A stretch of DNA of 64,000 nucleotides, from positions 27,468,001-27,532,000 of the forward strand of contig NC_087250.1 in NCBI RefSeq assembly GCF_037042905.1, read 5' to 3'. This stretch comes from Lytechinus pictus (lineage: Eukaryota). Position numbers and translations under genes: made by a program. This document shows positions 1 to 13,100 of the stretch, in pieces. Each line of letters opens with the position of its first letter. Within the stretch, counting starts at the first letter, position 1. The notes below the pieces were generated by a model. That model saw only the letters and a list, made by a program, of their open reading frames with translations, was not told the origin of the DNA and did no database searches.

Positions 1-948
1 TTCTCCCTGGGACAGGAGCAGCAGCCTTAGAAAATGAGACAAGCTCGTCAGTGCTCTGAACTAAGTTTATTAGTTTCGACTGAGGTACAAAAATCGAGCG
101 TGATGGTGAATCGATGAGGAATCCTAAGTAAAGAATTCTACTAGATGGGTTCCAAGCAAGCACACTTTGCTTCATTGGGAACGAAACCGCTGCGCCGGAT
201 AGTTTGCCTTACTACTGCCAAATTTGCTAAAGCGGATTCATAAGACGTTGAAATGATGAGGCCGTCATCAATATACATGTAAGCAATTATACCATGTGAA
301 CGCCAGTGGTACACTAGTGGCCTTGTCAATTTAGTGAACAAATAACATGCGTTGTTGAGCCCAAAAGGCAGTACAGTGAATACATAATAACGTACTACGG
401 AATCAGAATGGGTCCAAGAAAACCCTAAAAATTGCTGGTGGGGGGGAAATATGTCGACATGGTGATAGCCGGACTTTAAATCAAATGAGAAATAAAATTG
501 CTCGGAACCAAGCACTTGCGCAATATGAGTGAGATCTTCATATTTAAATTTAGATTGAGCAACGAACTGATTTGTGTGACGTAAATCCAAAACTAGGCAT
601 ATTTTTTTTGCCTTCGGCAACGGTTAGAGGGTTACAGCAATAAGGGCGTTGCTTTACTTCTACTGCACATCTGTTTTGTATCAATTCAGAGATGGCACTT
701 TCAACAAAATCTGGGTGATCCAAACTGGACTTGTTATTCTTGCTATAAAATGGGGGAGGTACTTTATCAAAGGGGATTTTATAACCGTACTCGATAATAT
801 CGCAAACAAACTTGGAAGCTTTTAATTCACTTTTCCAGAATGCTAAACATTCTCTCAATTTACCTTGCACGCCTGAAGGCGGGTCGAGAGATGAGGCGGG
901 TGGGGCACTAGAAGGGGGCCTTTGATGGCTGTTGCTGGTTGACGGCAC
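1..948 (-). pseudogene. DIRS-type reverse transcriptase, frameshifted at ~605 (A8 run) and ~150
   Basis: ORFs 550-948 and 141-620 join as ..NPLTVAEGKK/ICLVLDLRH..; after EP the frame continues RILYLGFLIDS. Confidence 0.85.
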
Positions 949-1698
949 TTAATTCTAGCGGCTCGCAGAGCGGGGCAGTTGGGGCGGACGTGACCGGCGA
1001 TGCCACACTGGAAGCAGATGCGGGTTTCAGGACGGTAGGGGTTGAAGCGACGAAAAGTCCCAGGCATAATGCGAGGAGGTACAGAAGAGCGGGGGGCCCG
1101 GAAGGGGGGCTGAATCTTTGACTTTTTGGCTGTTTCGGCCCTTTTGGTGGCTGCAGCCTTCTCCGCCTGAAAATAAATCGCATATGAAAAAATTAACAAT
1201 GCATGAAGAAATGCACAGTGGTATAAAACGCAGTCAAATATTGCTAAAATTCGTATGAAAAATTTGATATATTTTGTTAAAAATAAAATATTCTGGAATT
1301 AAAAACATATTACCTTTCTGAGACGTTTTTCGTCATCGGAATTCTCCGCGAGGTCGTCTGCGATATACTCTTTGACTGTGGCCCAGCCCAAACGGGAGCG
1401 GTCTGCCAGGCGAATCAGTTTCTGCCTCTGAGTAAGGAGGGCGGATGCCTCGAGTAGACGCTCCTTTGCGGCCTCGATATCGATATCCTCCAGCGAATGT
1501 AGAGCGTCGTCAATGCACTAAAAAAAATTTTTGGGCGTGGTCGTATTGCTGCTTGTTTCCCTCACTCTTGAAGGAGGGGGAGCTTTCGGGCTTGGCAGAT
1601 TTCCGGGAGGCAGAGTCCACCTTTCGTTGAAGAGCCTGGATGGCTTGTAAAATGTTGTGAGACGTGGCTGGGCCGGGCGTGGTCTCGTCCACGTCCAT
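855..1698 (-). pseudogene. DIRS-type gag (ATG 1698), frameshift near 1520-1530, putative phase-0 intron 1167-1313
   Basis: MDVDET...FKSEGNKQQY / CIDDALHSLE...EKRLRK|gtaata...ttttcag|AEKAAATKR...CCHC. Confidence 0.75.
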
Positions 1699-2859
1699 GC
1701 CGCTATCTTGACGGGAAAAATACGGTAGCAGGACTCGTAGAGAAAATCTGGAGCTGGTTTCCAAACGTGCGCGAGCTAATAATGCTGAGCCGAGAATGGA
1801 AAAGATATGCGTGTTAGCGCAACGAGAAAACTCGAAATACGCAGTTACGTAAGAAACACAAAAGGAACACCTTGCGTTGGATACCGAAAAGAAATTCCAC
1901 TTCTGATGACCAAAAAGTATAAATATTATTCTCTGATTCTGTACTCCCGAGTTCAGGTTCAGTTGTCTTAGCCACGCGTTGTTTACTACTGCGCGCACGG
2001 TGTACGTGATTATTGCATGGAGATGTATTCGGCGTATTCCGTGTGGTGTAGGGCCTATACACCGTTCATGCGCTGCACGTATACGTATATGCACCGGTAT
2101 GCACACATTATTCATCCCTGGATTTGGCTTCTTAAAATGAGATAAGCATGATTTACCGTGAAAATTGACGGAGCTAAATATTAATCAATCAATATGAATT
2201 TTATATGTATGAAAGCTTACATGTTACATATATATCCCTGTCTGGGAACGAGGATTTCCAAATCTAACGCAAAACGCGCTGCTGCCAGGTTGAACATCGT
2301 ATACCAAAATCCAATCGAGCACAGTGCGACCAATTAATGGATATTGTGCATGATAAGAACAAAAAAGTTAATTGCATTGTAAAGTTTAACCTAAAAGTGA
2401 CGAAGGTTTTTTTTCAAGAATGGGCATGATTTTACATGTAATGAAAAGGAAATGTTCTCTTCTTCTTCTTATATCTAGGACGAGGATATTGTACCACCTT
2501 TCAATTTTTGATAGGAGAGGAAAGAGTATAAAGAGTTGATATATATGCATCCTAAATTAAAATAGACAATCGTGCGCAGTGCGACTAATCAATTAACGTA
2601 GATTATGCGTGCATGATAAGTACAAAAAAGTTCATTGGATTGTAAAGTTTGACCTAAAAAACACGGCGGTTTTTTTCAACCAATCAGGTTGAACCTTATA
2701 TCACAAGAAAGAGTTACAACCTGTCTATCTGATAGTCTTTGAACTGAGACATTTTGATACGAAAGTCAGACGCTGTAAGAGTTAGACGCAGTGCAAAAAG
2801 TGCTTCTCTCACACAAAAACACGAGAAACTGTGTATTTTCAGTCAAAAAACACGGTTGT

Positions 2860-4917
2860 TTTTTTAGAGAGTAAAAAAGGGGCCTAAGCTTTCGATCCTA
2901 GCAGAATCTTCGTCGGAGGCAAAATGACAAACATATAAAGTGGAACAACCATAATATAGACCACAGACAAGCTACAGCAACACTAGAAACAAGGAGACAA
3001 AAGGGGCATAAGTGAGTAGAGAAGACCAATCAGGTTAGTGAAGGGGATGAAAGAAAAGGAGTAGGCAGACACAAAGGGAAGTTAGTGTAAGTAAGGCCAG
3101 TAAAAGACCTCAAGCCAAGAGGGATTAAGATAATGAGGCAGGCAACATCAAACAGGATCTGGAACAAAACAGTGATATAGAGGGTATGAGGAAGAGATGA
3201 ATAACAAGATAATTAGTGAGAGGTGGGTCAAACAGGTTACAAAGAAAGGCATAATAAACTGGTGCATATAAGAGTGGGGAAAAAAAGGAAAAGAATGGGG
3301 AACAACTGGTAATGTGCAAAAGACATATAAGTATATATATGATAAAGCATTAAACAAACTAAGAGAAGAAGGTAAGTGTAAATATGTAACTATAAGTGAT
3401 ATGTATATAAATATATCCAAAAAAGAAATGTATATGAAAAAATATAAATACACATATGGTGTAACTGATATTGTAATCCGCTAGGTGTGACAGGAAAAAA
3501 CATAAGACTATATATATAGTAGGGGAAAAAAAACAAAAAAAACAACAACCTGTATTTGTGAAAAAGAGGAAGCAAATTGCCTAAAAAGGTAAAAGCAAAT
3601 ATAGAAGAGAGGGGGTGTATTATGAAGAAACCATAGTATACATGTAAATAAGCAAATGTGGTAAATCTAAAAGAGGTGAGTGGAGAAAAAAAAAATATAT
3701 ATAATAATTATTATGTCGCCTGAATAAGGAAGGAAAAGTGGGAGGAAAGTAGAGGAAGAAACTATAATGTATCTATTCAAAAGAGCTGAGGGGAAAAAAT
3801 TATATGTATATATAAATTGAAAGTGGATAGGAAAGAAAAATCAGTCGTTCCCCTCTTGGATGTTCAGGCCATGAGGTTGGGTGGTGCGAAGTCGTCTCAT
3901 CCAGAGCTTCTCTCTGCTAGTACGGACTGAGTCAGGACGGTACCTATAGATTCGATGCCCTGTAGCATCATGTCAGTGATGGAGTGGTTGGGGAGGTTAA
4001 AATGGCGGCCAACTGGAGTGTCCAGCTTTGCTGTGTTGACGGTGGATCTGTGCCCGTAGAATCGTTTCTTGAGTGTGGTCTTGGTTTCCCCTATGTATTG
4101 TACCCTACAAACTCTGCAAGTGATGAGATATACAACATTAGTGGTAGTGCATGTGATGTTGCCCTTGATTTGGTGAGACAGGCTGGTGGAGTTGCTGGTG
4201 AAAGTGTCGCCCTCGTGAAGAAGGTGTATTTCACATATATGATGCACCTGTTGCTGGTGCATTTGAAGGTGCCATGCTGTATATGGGAGAAGAATGGTTA
4301 GTGAGGGAGGGTACTTCAGCACGAACAATGAGGTCCCTGAGATTCGGTGGGCGTCGGTATGCTAGAAGGGGAGTATCGGGAACGGCCTAGCCTGTTGGAG
4401 ACGATCAGAAGTGTGTAAAATGTGGTGGTTATCACAAAGGATTTTGCGGAGAGGGGGTAGATTGGGATGGAAGGTGGTCACAAGCGGTATTCTGTCGGTA
4501 GTCTCCTTGTCACTTTTAGGTTTGAGAACTTCAGATCTGGGGAGAGAACGAACTTTGTTAATTGCCAGTTGGACTGCCCTGGCCCCGTGGCCCCTGGCAC
4601 AGAGATGTTTCTGCAAATTCCTGGCATGGAAGGAAAAATCAGGGTCCTCGGAGCAGATACGGCGAAGTCTGAGGCCGGCTTGACTGCAAGCGATGCCGGT
4701 TTTGCAGTGACGGGGGTGGCAGCTGGATGAGTGGAGGTACTGGTGGGTATCTTTGGGTTTAGAGTATAGGGTATATAGTGGTGATACTGTTAGACTTTTT
4801 CTGGACTGTGACATCAAGGAAGTGGGTTTCCTGTTGGGAGAAATCAGAAGTGAATTTGATGGTCCTGTGGAAAGAATTGATGTGGTCAATGAATGTATGG
4901 AGGCTATCTTCATCCCT
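2860..4917 (-). mobile_element. 5'-truncated Penelope-like retroelement (RT C-terminus + GIY-YIG endonuclease + long 3' region), frameshifted
   Basis: YSKPKDTHQYLHSSSCHPRHCK..LRLRRICS, DRIPLVTTFHPNL; GIY-YIG NVVYLITCRVCRVQYIGETK..LKKRFYGH; C-terminal REKLWMRRLRTTQPHGLN ending at stop 3841-3843. Confidence 0.9.
2882..2920 (-). ncRNA. Minimal type I hammerhead ribozyme motif (variant core) at the 3' end of the Penelope element
   Basis: Minus strand GCCU CCGACGA A GAUUC-UGCUA-GGAUC GAAA GCUU AGGC: stem I GCCU/AGGC, stem II hairpin, GAAA, palindromic stem III; core is CCGACGA rather than CUGANGA. Confidence 0.7.
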
Positions 4918-5109
4918 GTTTTTTTAATCAGAATATAAAATGACAGATATCATGAGATGTAGAACAAGTCTAAGATTAAAAAACCGTTTGAACCCGTGAA
5001 AAATCTCGAGCGGTTTTTGAGATATGAGTTAAAAGAGCCGAAAATGGGTATATTTTGTCAAGTTTTTTACGCCGGAATAGGGGATTTGCCACGGTGCGCG
5101 TTAAGTGAA

Positions 5110-5531
5110 CACACCAAGATCTGTGATGTCACACACGTACAACTCCCTCATTACTTAGTACTTATTTCACTGATATTCTCACTTTTATAGACTCTATCAC
5201 AAGGTGAGGTGTTCTCTTTATGAGAGGACAAGTACAGAGGTTTCACGACATTATATCATTGATGAATCGTTTGTCATATGATTAGAATAAGCAAAAAGAG
5301 ATGTTTTGGGGTATATTTTCAGCGTCCAAAAGGGGAGAGTTGTTCATCTGTGACATCATAGATCTTGGTCGCATTGCCAATGGGAGGATCTCCATAGCAT
5401 TAGTGATCTCGACATTCAAATGCTCATAACTCTTCTATTGCTAGTCCTATTTTACTCAAACTTTTGTTGATATTCTTTGATTTTTCTGCTTTCACAAAAG
5501 CTAACTTGCTCCAAGAGTTTCATTCTCCTTT
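5110..5531 (+). mobile_element. Partial copy of the Kolobok-like MITE at 5716-6298
   Basis: Near-identical to 5885-6298, including the right end ..gtttcattctcct. Confidence 0.75.
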
Positions 5532-5715
5532 ATTTCAATCAATGTACTTATTGGTCGCTAGAGATGAGCCACAAGTTCTGCTATCCTTAGCCGGTCAGTA
5601 ACATTTTCTCACGTTTTAGCATTTGACTTCGAGAAAATATTGAATGCTTGAATTTGAAGAAGGGAAAAGGAGGTTACAATTCTCCGATTTAAAATTCAAA
5701 GTCCAACATTATTAA

Positions 5716-6298
5716 AGGAGAATGAAACCCTTGAAACCAGCTGAATCCATATCAAAGAGAAAAATCAAAGAAACATATTGTTGAAAGTTTGAGGAAGATT
5801 AAATGAATAATAAGAAAGTTATGAGCATTTGAATATTGAGATCACTAGTGCCATGTAGATCCTCCCATCGGCAATGCGACCAAGATCCGTGATATCACAC
5901 ACGTACAACTCCCTCATTACTTTAGTACTTATTTCACTTATATTCTCACTTTTATAGAGTCTATCACAAGGTGAGGTGTTCTCTGTATGAGATGACAAGT
6001 ACAGAGGTTTCACAACATTATATCATTGATGAATCGTTTGTCATATGATTAGAATGAGCAAAAAGAGATGTTTTGGGGTATATTTTCAGTGTCCAAATGG
6101 GAGAGTTGTACGTGTGTGACATCACAGATCTTGGTCGCATTGCCAATGGGAGGATCTCCATAGCATTAGTGATCTCGACATTCAAATGCTCATAACTCTT
6201 TTATTGCTAGTCCTATTTTACTCAAAGTTTTGTTGATCTTATTCTTTGATTTTTCTGCTTTCACAAAAGCTAACTTGCTCCAAGAGTTTCATTCTCCT
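5716..6298. mobile_element. Kolobok-like MITE
   Basis: TTAA TSD on both sides; TIR AGGAGAATGAAAC / GTTTCATTCTCCT; long internal inverted symmetry. Confidence 0.8.
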
Positions 6299-6995
6299 TT
6301 AAGGTACTGAGTGAGTAAATTATAGTAAAATGGAGTGAGGTAAGGCCTTAGTCGTTGGTAATAAAGGCAAGTCCCACATATTCATATTTGTGTAAGTTAA
6401 TTTGTAACAAATGACGGATAGTGTACTTAAATGGAGCTGGAGATATAGAAAGTGAAATGGGAATTAGCCTACGTCATGACTAGAGTGAAAAGAGGGAAAT
6501 AAACAAGAGATGGCAGTAGATCTACAGCGATTCCACTCATTATATTTGCATGAAAGGAGGTGTTGAAAGTGTGAGGCCGGGCGGGAGAAGTGCCCATTGC
6601 AAAATAAAAATTTCGGACACTTGACTGGTCTTCATTTTATTAATTGGACCAAAACAAAAATATATAATCATTCATTGAATCAAATAAAAATCATGTCTAT
6701 TTCTGAAGTACAAATGTTGAATATTAATGTCATTAAAAAAAAGAATTGAAAAAATATGACCAGTAGATCATGTAGATCTAAACCGTAAACGGAAATTATT
6801 TACTTATCATCTCATCAGCTCAGTGGCAAATTGTCCATAGTCTGGAGTGTTGCACCCATGGGTACATTACCGCCGCCGCCGTGCACAGGATAACCACTGG
6901 CACGGCACTTGCAATGCCTTTTAGTGCGGTTTCTTTTAAACTAGCGATAGCTAAAGATTTTATGTATAAAGATAAGCTTTGGATATGAAACTTAC

Positions 6996-7055
6996 CAAAC
7001 GATATGAAGCCAATTTCAATTCCTCTCTGTCTTTCTGGTACTTTATATCAAACAT
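6996..7055 (-). CDS. Candidate first coding exon of an unidentified gene divergent from MTRF1L (MFDIKYQKDREELKLASYRL)
   Basis: AAAAATG start context, 20 open codons, then perfect donor TTG|GTAAGT; adjacent CpG-richer promoter-like region; downstream exons not found. Confidence 0.35.
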
Positions 7056-7139
7056 TTTTCTTGATGTTGAAGCAGGCCTGCAGCCGATTCGCTGGTTTAC
7101 TCTATACGCACTGAGAGGGCGCGCGATATTATTTAATAA

Positions 7140-7330
7140 ACTTGCTTGTTTCCGCTTGTTTCCGTCGTTTACGTTAGATCAGCTGTACTACTGGTTGCGT
7201 TCTAGGCGCTCCGCATTTTTTCGCTGTTCAGCATTATTTTATGATGTAGCGCCATCAGCGATTATACGTGAGATGCCTGTTGATTTTTTACTCTGCGCGC
7301 TGACGTCACACTGGATGAACAGGATATTAA
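7140..7330. promoter_or_regulatory. CpG-richer promoter-like segment with full CRE (TGACGTCA 7301-7308) and ETS-like TTCCG motifs
   Basis: Motif content and position between divergent candidate genes. Confidence 0.3.
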
Positions 7331-9585
7331 TTAGCTGCGGGTATGAGCTGATTTTTCTCATCTTCTGCACTTAAACTGCAGATCCGATGCGTTATTTCAT
7401 GAAGCTAAAAAATGGAATTATTCCATGGACCATTAAAAAAAAAAAATATCTACAATTTCAAAATACTTTACTCTGCAGTGCTGCCAAAAATCACGAATAT
7501 TACCCCGAGTTTGAATAAATGGGAGAGTGGTTTTGTTTATTTCTTCACATAGATACAAAGCATTGGGTGCATTTTTGGTGTTTCAAAAAGCACATTTGCT
7601 CTAATAAAAATGCTGATAGTTTAAAAACAAGCACATGAACCCCTATTTTTTAATGTTTGTACCTCTTAGGTATACCTTCCTCTGCAACTCTGCAAATTTT
7701 GGTGAAAATGACATGGATTTTGAATAAAGTGCAGCATTTATTGTACGTTTGTAGTTTGTTACTGAAATTTCACATTTTTTAGATTGGGATTTTGTTATCT
7801 CTTACGTCATTTTTAAGAACTGACAGTGCTGTTAAACTTAAAATTGCAAACAAATAGCACTATGAATAGATTCTCCATTCTAACGATACAATTATTAACT
7901 CTCTTGCGAAATTTGATGACCTTTTCACGTATTTTGACTGAGTAATAGAGAATTAAACTCATTGTAGTAATCTTGGACGGTCTAAAAATGCCAAATTCTT
8001 TTGAATGCGCAATTCTTAAGAACATCAATTTGGGTGAACTTTGAAGCTCTATAGCAAAAAATCAAGCACATGGACCTATGTTAATTTTTGCATATTTCGA
8101 GTATTAAGGTTCTAAAGTATCTATGTGCAAAGTTTGGTGAAAATGACATGGATTTCACTTTAACTGTGGAATAAATTTAGTACACTGTAAAGATTTAGGC
8201 GTGTTTCATATTCACACATTCTTGGTGATGAATGAAAACGTCAAAGTTCATTATGAAATGACATGCGTTGTGCGAGGTTAGTACAACTAACCTCGCATGC
8301 TTGTGTGAGTGGGAGTGTTGGGACTGTAAACAATGCCGGATAGATCTGGACCATTTCTGCACAGCGATTTGGAGATCGCTGATTGGTCAATCATGTCATG
8401 ACTACGTGGTCGCCAAAATAATTACTTCGGACCGCGTACGGAAGTATCGATAGCGGTAACGATATCCTGTCACATTGTATACGGTCTTGGTTCGTGATCG
8501 GATCGCTCCAGCTCAGTGTAGGCCTATTGATAGAATATTATCAAGACGCTGCAATTTATTTTATGCATATTCAAGCGACGCTCCAAAAGGCAGTGGCTGG
8601 ATGACGTAATTTAATAAGGGTCTTTGTTCTGAAAACGAGCGTACACTCTTCAACAGCACGCATTTCCCATTCAGTCGGCAGAAATGTTGGATGTTTTGGA
8701 GAGTGCCATATTAGAAAGGGTGTCAAATTTTCCGCCGTGGGGAACTCCCGTGGTGGCCATTCCAGTTTTTCTTGCGATAGATTGAACAAGTGCGAGCGCG
8801 GCAGCGATATTTCTGGTGGAAATCACTTCCCCCTTATGAGATTGTCTGTCTTGAAAAGAATAAAGATTTACCATCATCTTCATTTTACAGTCACCATGAT
8901 CTCCAAAAGAGTGGAGGTATCACCTAAGAGAGAAAGAGAGAGTGATCTCATTGTCAAAAAATTTACAAGCAAAGTGTATCATTATCATGTTCTAGATAGA
9001 TGACACAATATTATTTTAACTCTTAGCCCACCACGAACACCCTCCTGCGCCGCATTAATTTCAAGTGCAACCTTTAGAGGGGTTTAGCATGGACTCTGCT
9101 AATACAGCTCACTTAAGCTTTTGTTTGGTTTAGTGTAAAGAAAAACTTTGCGATGCACTCATCACTAATTTGTGTATGAACAATAGACTAATTGCACTTG
9201 GTTTGTATTGTAAATTTATTTATTTATTTATTTATTCATGCATGTTCACAATATACAATGTAAAAGAATACACAGATAATGTATAAATATATATATATGA
9301 AAACACAAGTAAATAATGAACAAAGGTGTTACAACATAAGCTAAAAGCTTGATTGGTTGAAGCACCTTTAAACTGGTTTTGCATCCAAGAAAACAAAATA
9401 AAAATGTAAGAATAAGGAAGAGAGGAAATAGAATGTGGCTTGAATCTAACTTGGCTGTCTGCTCTCTGTGACTAGTTGAACAATGCAGGCAGAGTTAATA
9501 ATCTTTTTGTTTAATTCTTTCTTCCCACCTTTCCTCAGAAGGATGTGTACCAAAGATTTACTCGAAGGAGTATTGTTTGCAGAAG

Positions 9586-10173
9586 ATGAATAGCATGATT
9601 CAAAGAACAACAAGACTTGTTTCATCTTGTAGACTTCAACTACAGGTGTTTGCAGCATGTCACAGTCACTCGCATACAGCAAGGCATAGTGTGTTTCACT
9701 TTCCTAGTCTAAAAACACATGGAGGAGAGGCTAATGTTTTGCTTAATGGCAGAGTTTTTAAACGGAATCTGTCAGCATTATCACAACGTAGATCAGAGTC
9801 AGACATTTGTAAACTCCAAAGAGCTCTTTGCAGGAATTTGAAACAAAGCTCGTCATTGCTATGTCAGATGAACCAAGTTAATTGCATATGTGTCGGTCCA
9901 AGGAGATTCAAGGATAGTAGACAGATGTTGAATAGACCGGTACATCATCATTTCTCAACAATAGCTTTATATTCTGTACTGAATGTTTGCCGCAAGAGAA
10001 GATATAACCAGTCTGCAGTCACTAGTGCCTTCACATGTTGCAGAGTTCAAAGGTATGGATCCAGTGCTGTTGGAAATGAGACCGGTGATCCCCTCTCACC
10101 TAAGAGCCCACAGTTCAGATGCTACATGGATCATCTGAGAAATGAGCACCAGGCCATCTCAGATAGACTTCAG
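9586..10173 (+). CDS. MTRF1L: MTRF1L coding exon 1 (basic, presequence-like N-terminus)
   Basis: Open frame ending CAG|GTTAGT, phase 0 matches the next exon. Confidence 0.7.
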
Positions 10174-13100
10174 GTTAGTACCATTCTCTTTCCTGCAGTA
10201 GTATTGAGAGGAATCTAACATTTTATTTACCTGTTCAGGGATCTGTTTCATTAAACTTGTTTTAAACAAATCTGCAAAGCTAATGAAATCCTTCAATGTG
10301 ATTGGCTGGTAGTAAATTTGTTATTGAAATGGTTCATTATAATAAGTCTAAGTCATGGGACAGAGACCCGTTTCCACAAGCAGTTGTAAACATTAGTGCA
10401 ACATGCGTACAAACCTTGATTGTGATTGGTTGCTGAGCCATGTTTAAATTCAAATTCAAATATATTCAACACTCATCATAAAAACACATTATAATATTAT
10501 AGAAGTAGAACATAAAGGGAGATGAATATAAGATATAGAATGACAAAACACAAGGTATAAACATAATGAGAGTCTCAGGGTTAGCAGAAAGGAGGAGATT
10601 CCTTATATAATTGCTACCCCCAACAAAATCCTAAAATTGAAAGTGGTAGATGTACATAAAAAATACTACACATAAGAAACTACACTGAGGTCGTTCAATC
10701 CCCGATCGAGTCATACCAAAGACTTGCAAAAATTGCGACCTTCTGCCTTCTTTTAGGCGCAGAATTTAGATTGGAGAAGGGTAATAATAACATTATTATG
10801 CCCACTGGTAAAGTAGTTTCCTAACTGAAGTGGCTACTCTAGGTAAATAAAACATTATTAATATTACTTATTATAGATATAAGATACAGCAGTTATATTT
10901 TCCCTTTTGTTTTGTTTGTTTTAATAGGGAGGGGAGCCGTTGTCAGACTCTAAACAGAAGGAGCTCCGGGGATCCAGGATGGAGCTTGGTGAGATCCTTG
11001 AGAAATGGAACGAACTGATATCAATGGAAGAAGAGATCAATGAAATTCAGCATCTTATCCAAGGTATGTAGTGGTCTTGATTTAAATGTGATTTTAGAAA
11101 AATATGAAAAATAAGGATAAATTTGTGATATCAGCTGGCATTCTGATAGCTAAAACTAACAGTGATTTTAGTCAATGCTTCTGTGGAATGCAAGTGTTCA
11201 TATCCTCCTGCAGTACACGTATCCATGACAGCTTATTTCCAATCGTCAAATTGCAAACTCGTCTACTATCGTTTGGTCTACCATCAGTTAGTCCACTCAC
11301 CAAATGGTCTACTTTCATTTTAATAGTCTAATGCCATTCTGTCTAATAACCAGTTGGTCCAATAGCCATATACCATTTGGTCTAATTGGACTAAGTGTTA
11401 AATTGTGCAAAGTGAATGAAAGTAATATGGATACTAGACCAACTGGTTATGAGACGAAATGGTCATAGATGAAATGGTGATTAGGTGAAGTGATGATTGG
11501 ACTATTTTTGTTTAATGGACCAAATGGTTGTTAGACGAAATGTTGATGGATGGAATGGCATTAGACTAAATGAAAGACCATGTGGTGAGTGGACGAGTTG
11601 GCAAATACCATAATAGTAACTTTTATGCAATGGGGCACTGATCTTCTTTGCGACCATTTTCTCCTGACTCATTGGAAGTTTTTTAATAGGGCCGTCTGCA
11701 CCAGCCCGAGTTTTCAAATTAGTGCGCGATTTCTGATCCGGTAAATTATCCCGATCTGAAAAATCTCGAAATTATTTGTAATGGAGACGCAATTTCGCTG
11801 GATTAATTTCGATATTGCAATCCCAAGTCAACTTGGGATTATTTGCAAAATAGTGCGCTATTTTCCGAATTATCTCGCTAATGTGCATGTGCAGGTGCAG
11901 ACGCACTCGGGATTATTTATTCATGGCGTCATACCATAATGAGTCGATGCCTTGCTCGAGCAAGAATCGCTCTTCTTGGGATAGTGGACACAGGGTTTCT
12001 TGAATCTCGAGATTAATCACAAAGAGGGCCGATTGGGCTAAAATCTTGAGATTAAGGAAACTCTGGCTTGTGCAGCACTGCCTATTGAGATTGCATTATA
12101 TGCACATCTCATGCTTGAGTGAACCCTGAATATTCTGTTAATCATTAGATGGTCATGATAAAGAGATGCAGGATCTAGCTTTGTCTGAGAAGGATCAACT
12201 TCAGGATAGGATTGAAGATGTATCACAAGAGGTAAGACCAAGAAAATCTCAATAGGCTCATTTTTGTCTCACCTGCATAGCAGAGTGAGACTATAGGCGC
12301 CGCTTTTCCGACGGCGACGGCGGCGTCAACACCAAATCTTAACCTGAGGTTAAGTTTTTGAAATGACAGCATAACTTAGAAAGTATATGGACCTAGTTCA
12401 TGAAACTTGGCCATAAGGTTAATCAAGTATTACTGAACATCCTGCCTGAGTTTCATGTCACATGACCAAGGTCAAAGGTCATTTAGGGTCAATGAACTTA
12501 GACCATGTTGGGGGAATCAACATCAAAATCTTAACCTAAGGTTAAGTTTTTGAAATGTCATCATAACTTAGAAAATATATGGACCTAGTTCATGAAACTT
12601 ATACATAAGATTAATCAAGTATCACTGAACATCCTGCATGAGTTTCACGTCACATGACCAAGGTCAAAGGTCATTTAGGGTCAATGAACTTTGGCCGAAT
12701 TGGGGGTATCTGTTGAATTACCATCATAACTTTGAAAGTTTAAGGATCTGATTCATGAAACTTGGACATAATAGTAATCAAGTATTACTGAACATCCTGT
12801 GCAAGTTTCAGGTCACATGATCAAGGTCAAAGGTCATTTAGGGTCAATGAACTTTGGCCAAATTGGGGTATTTGTTGAATTACAGCCATAAATTTGAAAG
12901 TGTGTTGGTGTAGTTCATAAAACTTGGACATAATAGTAATCAAGTATCACTGAACATCCTGTGCGAGTTTCAGGTCACATGATCAAGGTCAAAGGTCATG
13001 TAAGGTCAAAGAACTTTGGCCACGTTGGGGGTATTTGTTGAATTGCCATCATATCTCTATAAGTGTATTGGTCTAGTTCATAAAACGTGGAAATAAGAGT

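Larger units (their letters stand above)
1..2170 (-). mobile_element. Degenerate DIRS/PAT-like (tyrosine-recombinase class) retrotransposon, 5' part (gag + RT); continues past the window start
   Basis: gag motifs FKSEGNKQQY and RQKLIRLADRSRLGWATVKEY..DDLAENSDDEKRLRK; CCHC knuckle CFQCGIAGHVRPNC; overlapping RT with LVLDLR, FDLKSGYHHV, LPFGL, YIDD and YLGFLID; several frameshifts. The 5' boundary is approximate and the recombinase is not in the window. Confidence 0.85.

Noticed and set aside
3984..4938. Plus-strand ORFs over the Penelope element (and 49701-52598 over gypsy)
   Set aside because: Antisense shadows of the retroelement coding frames.
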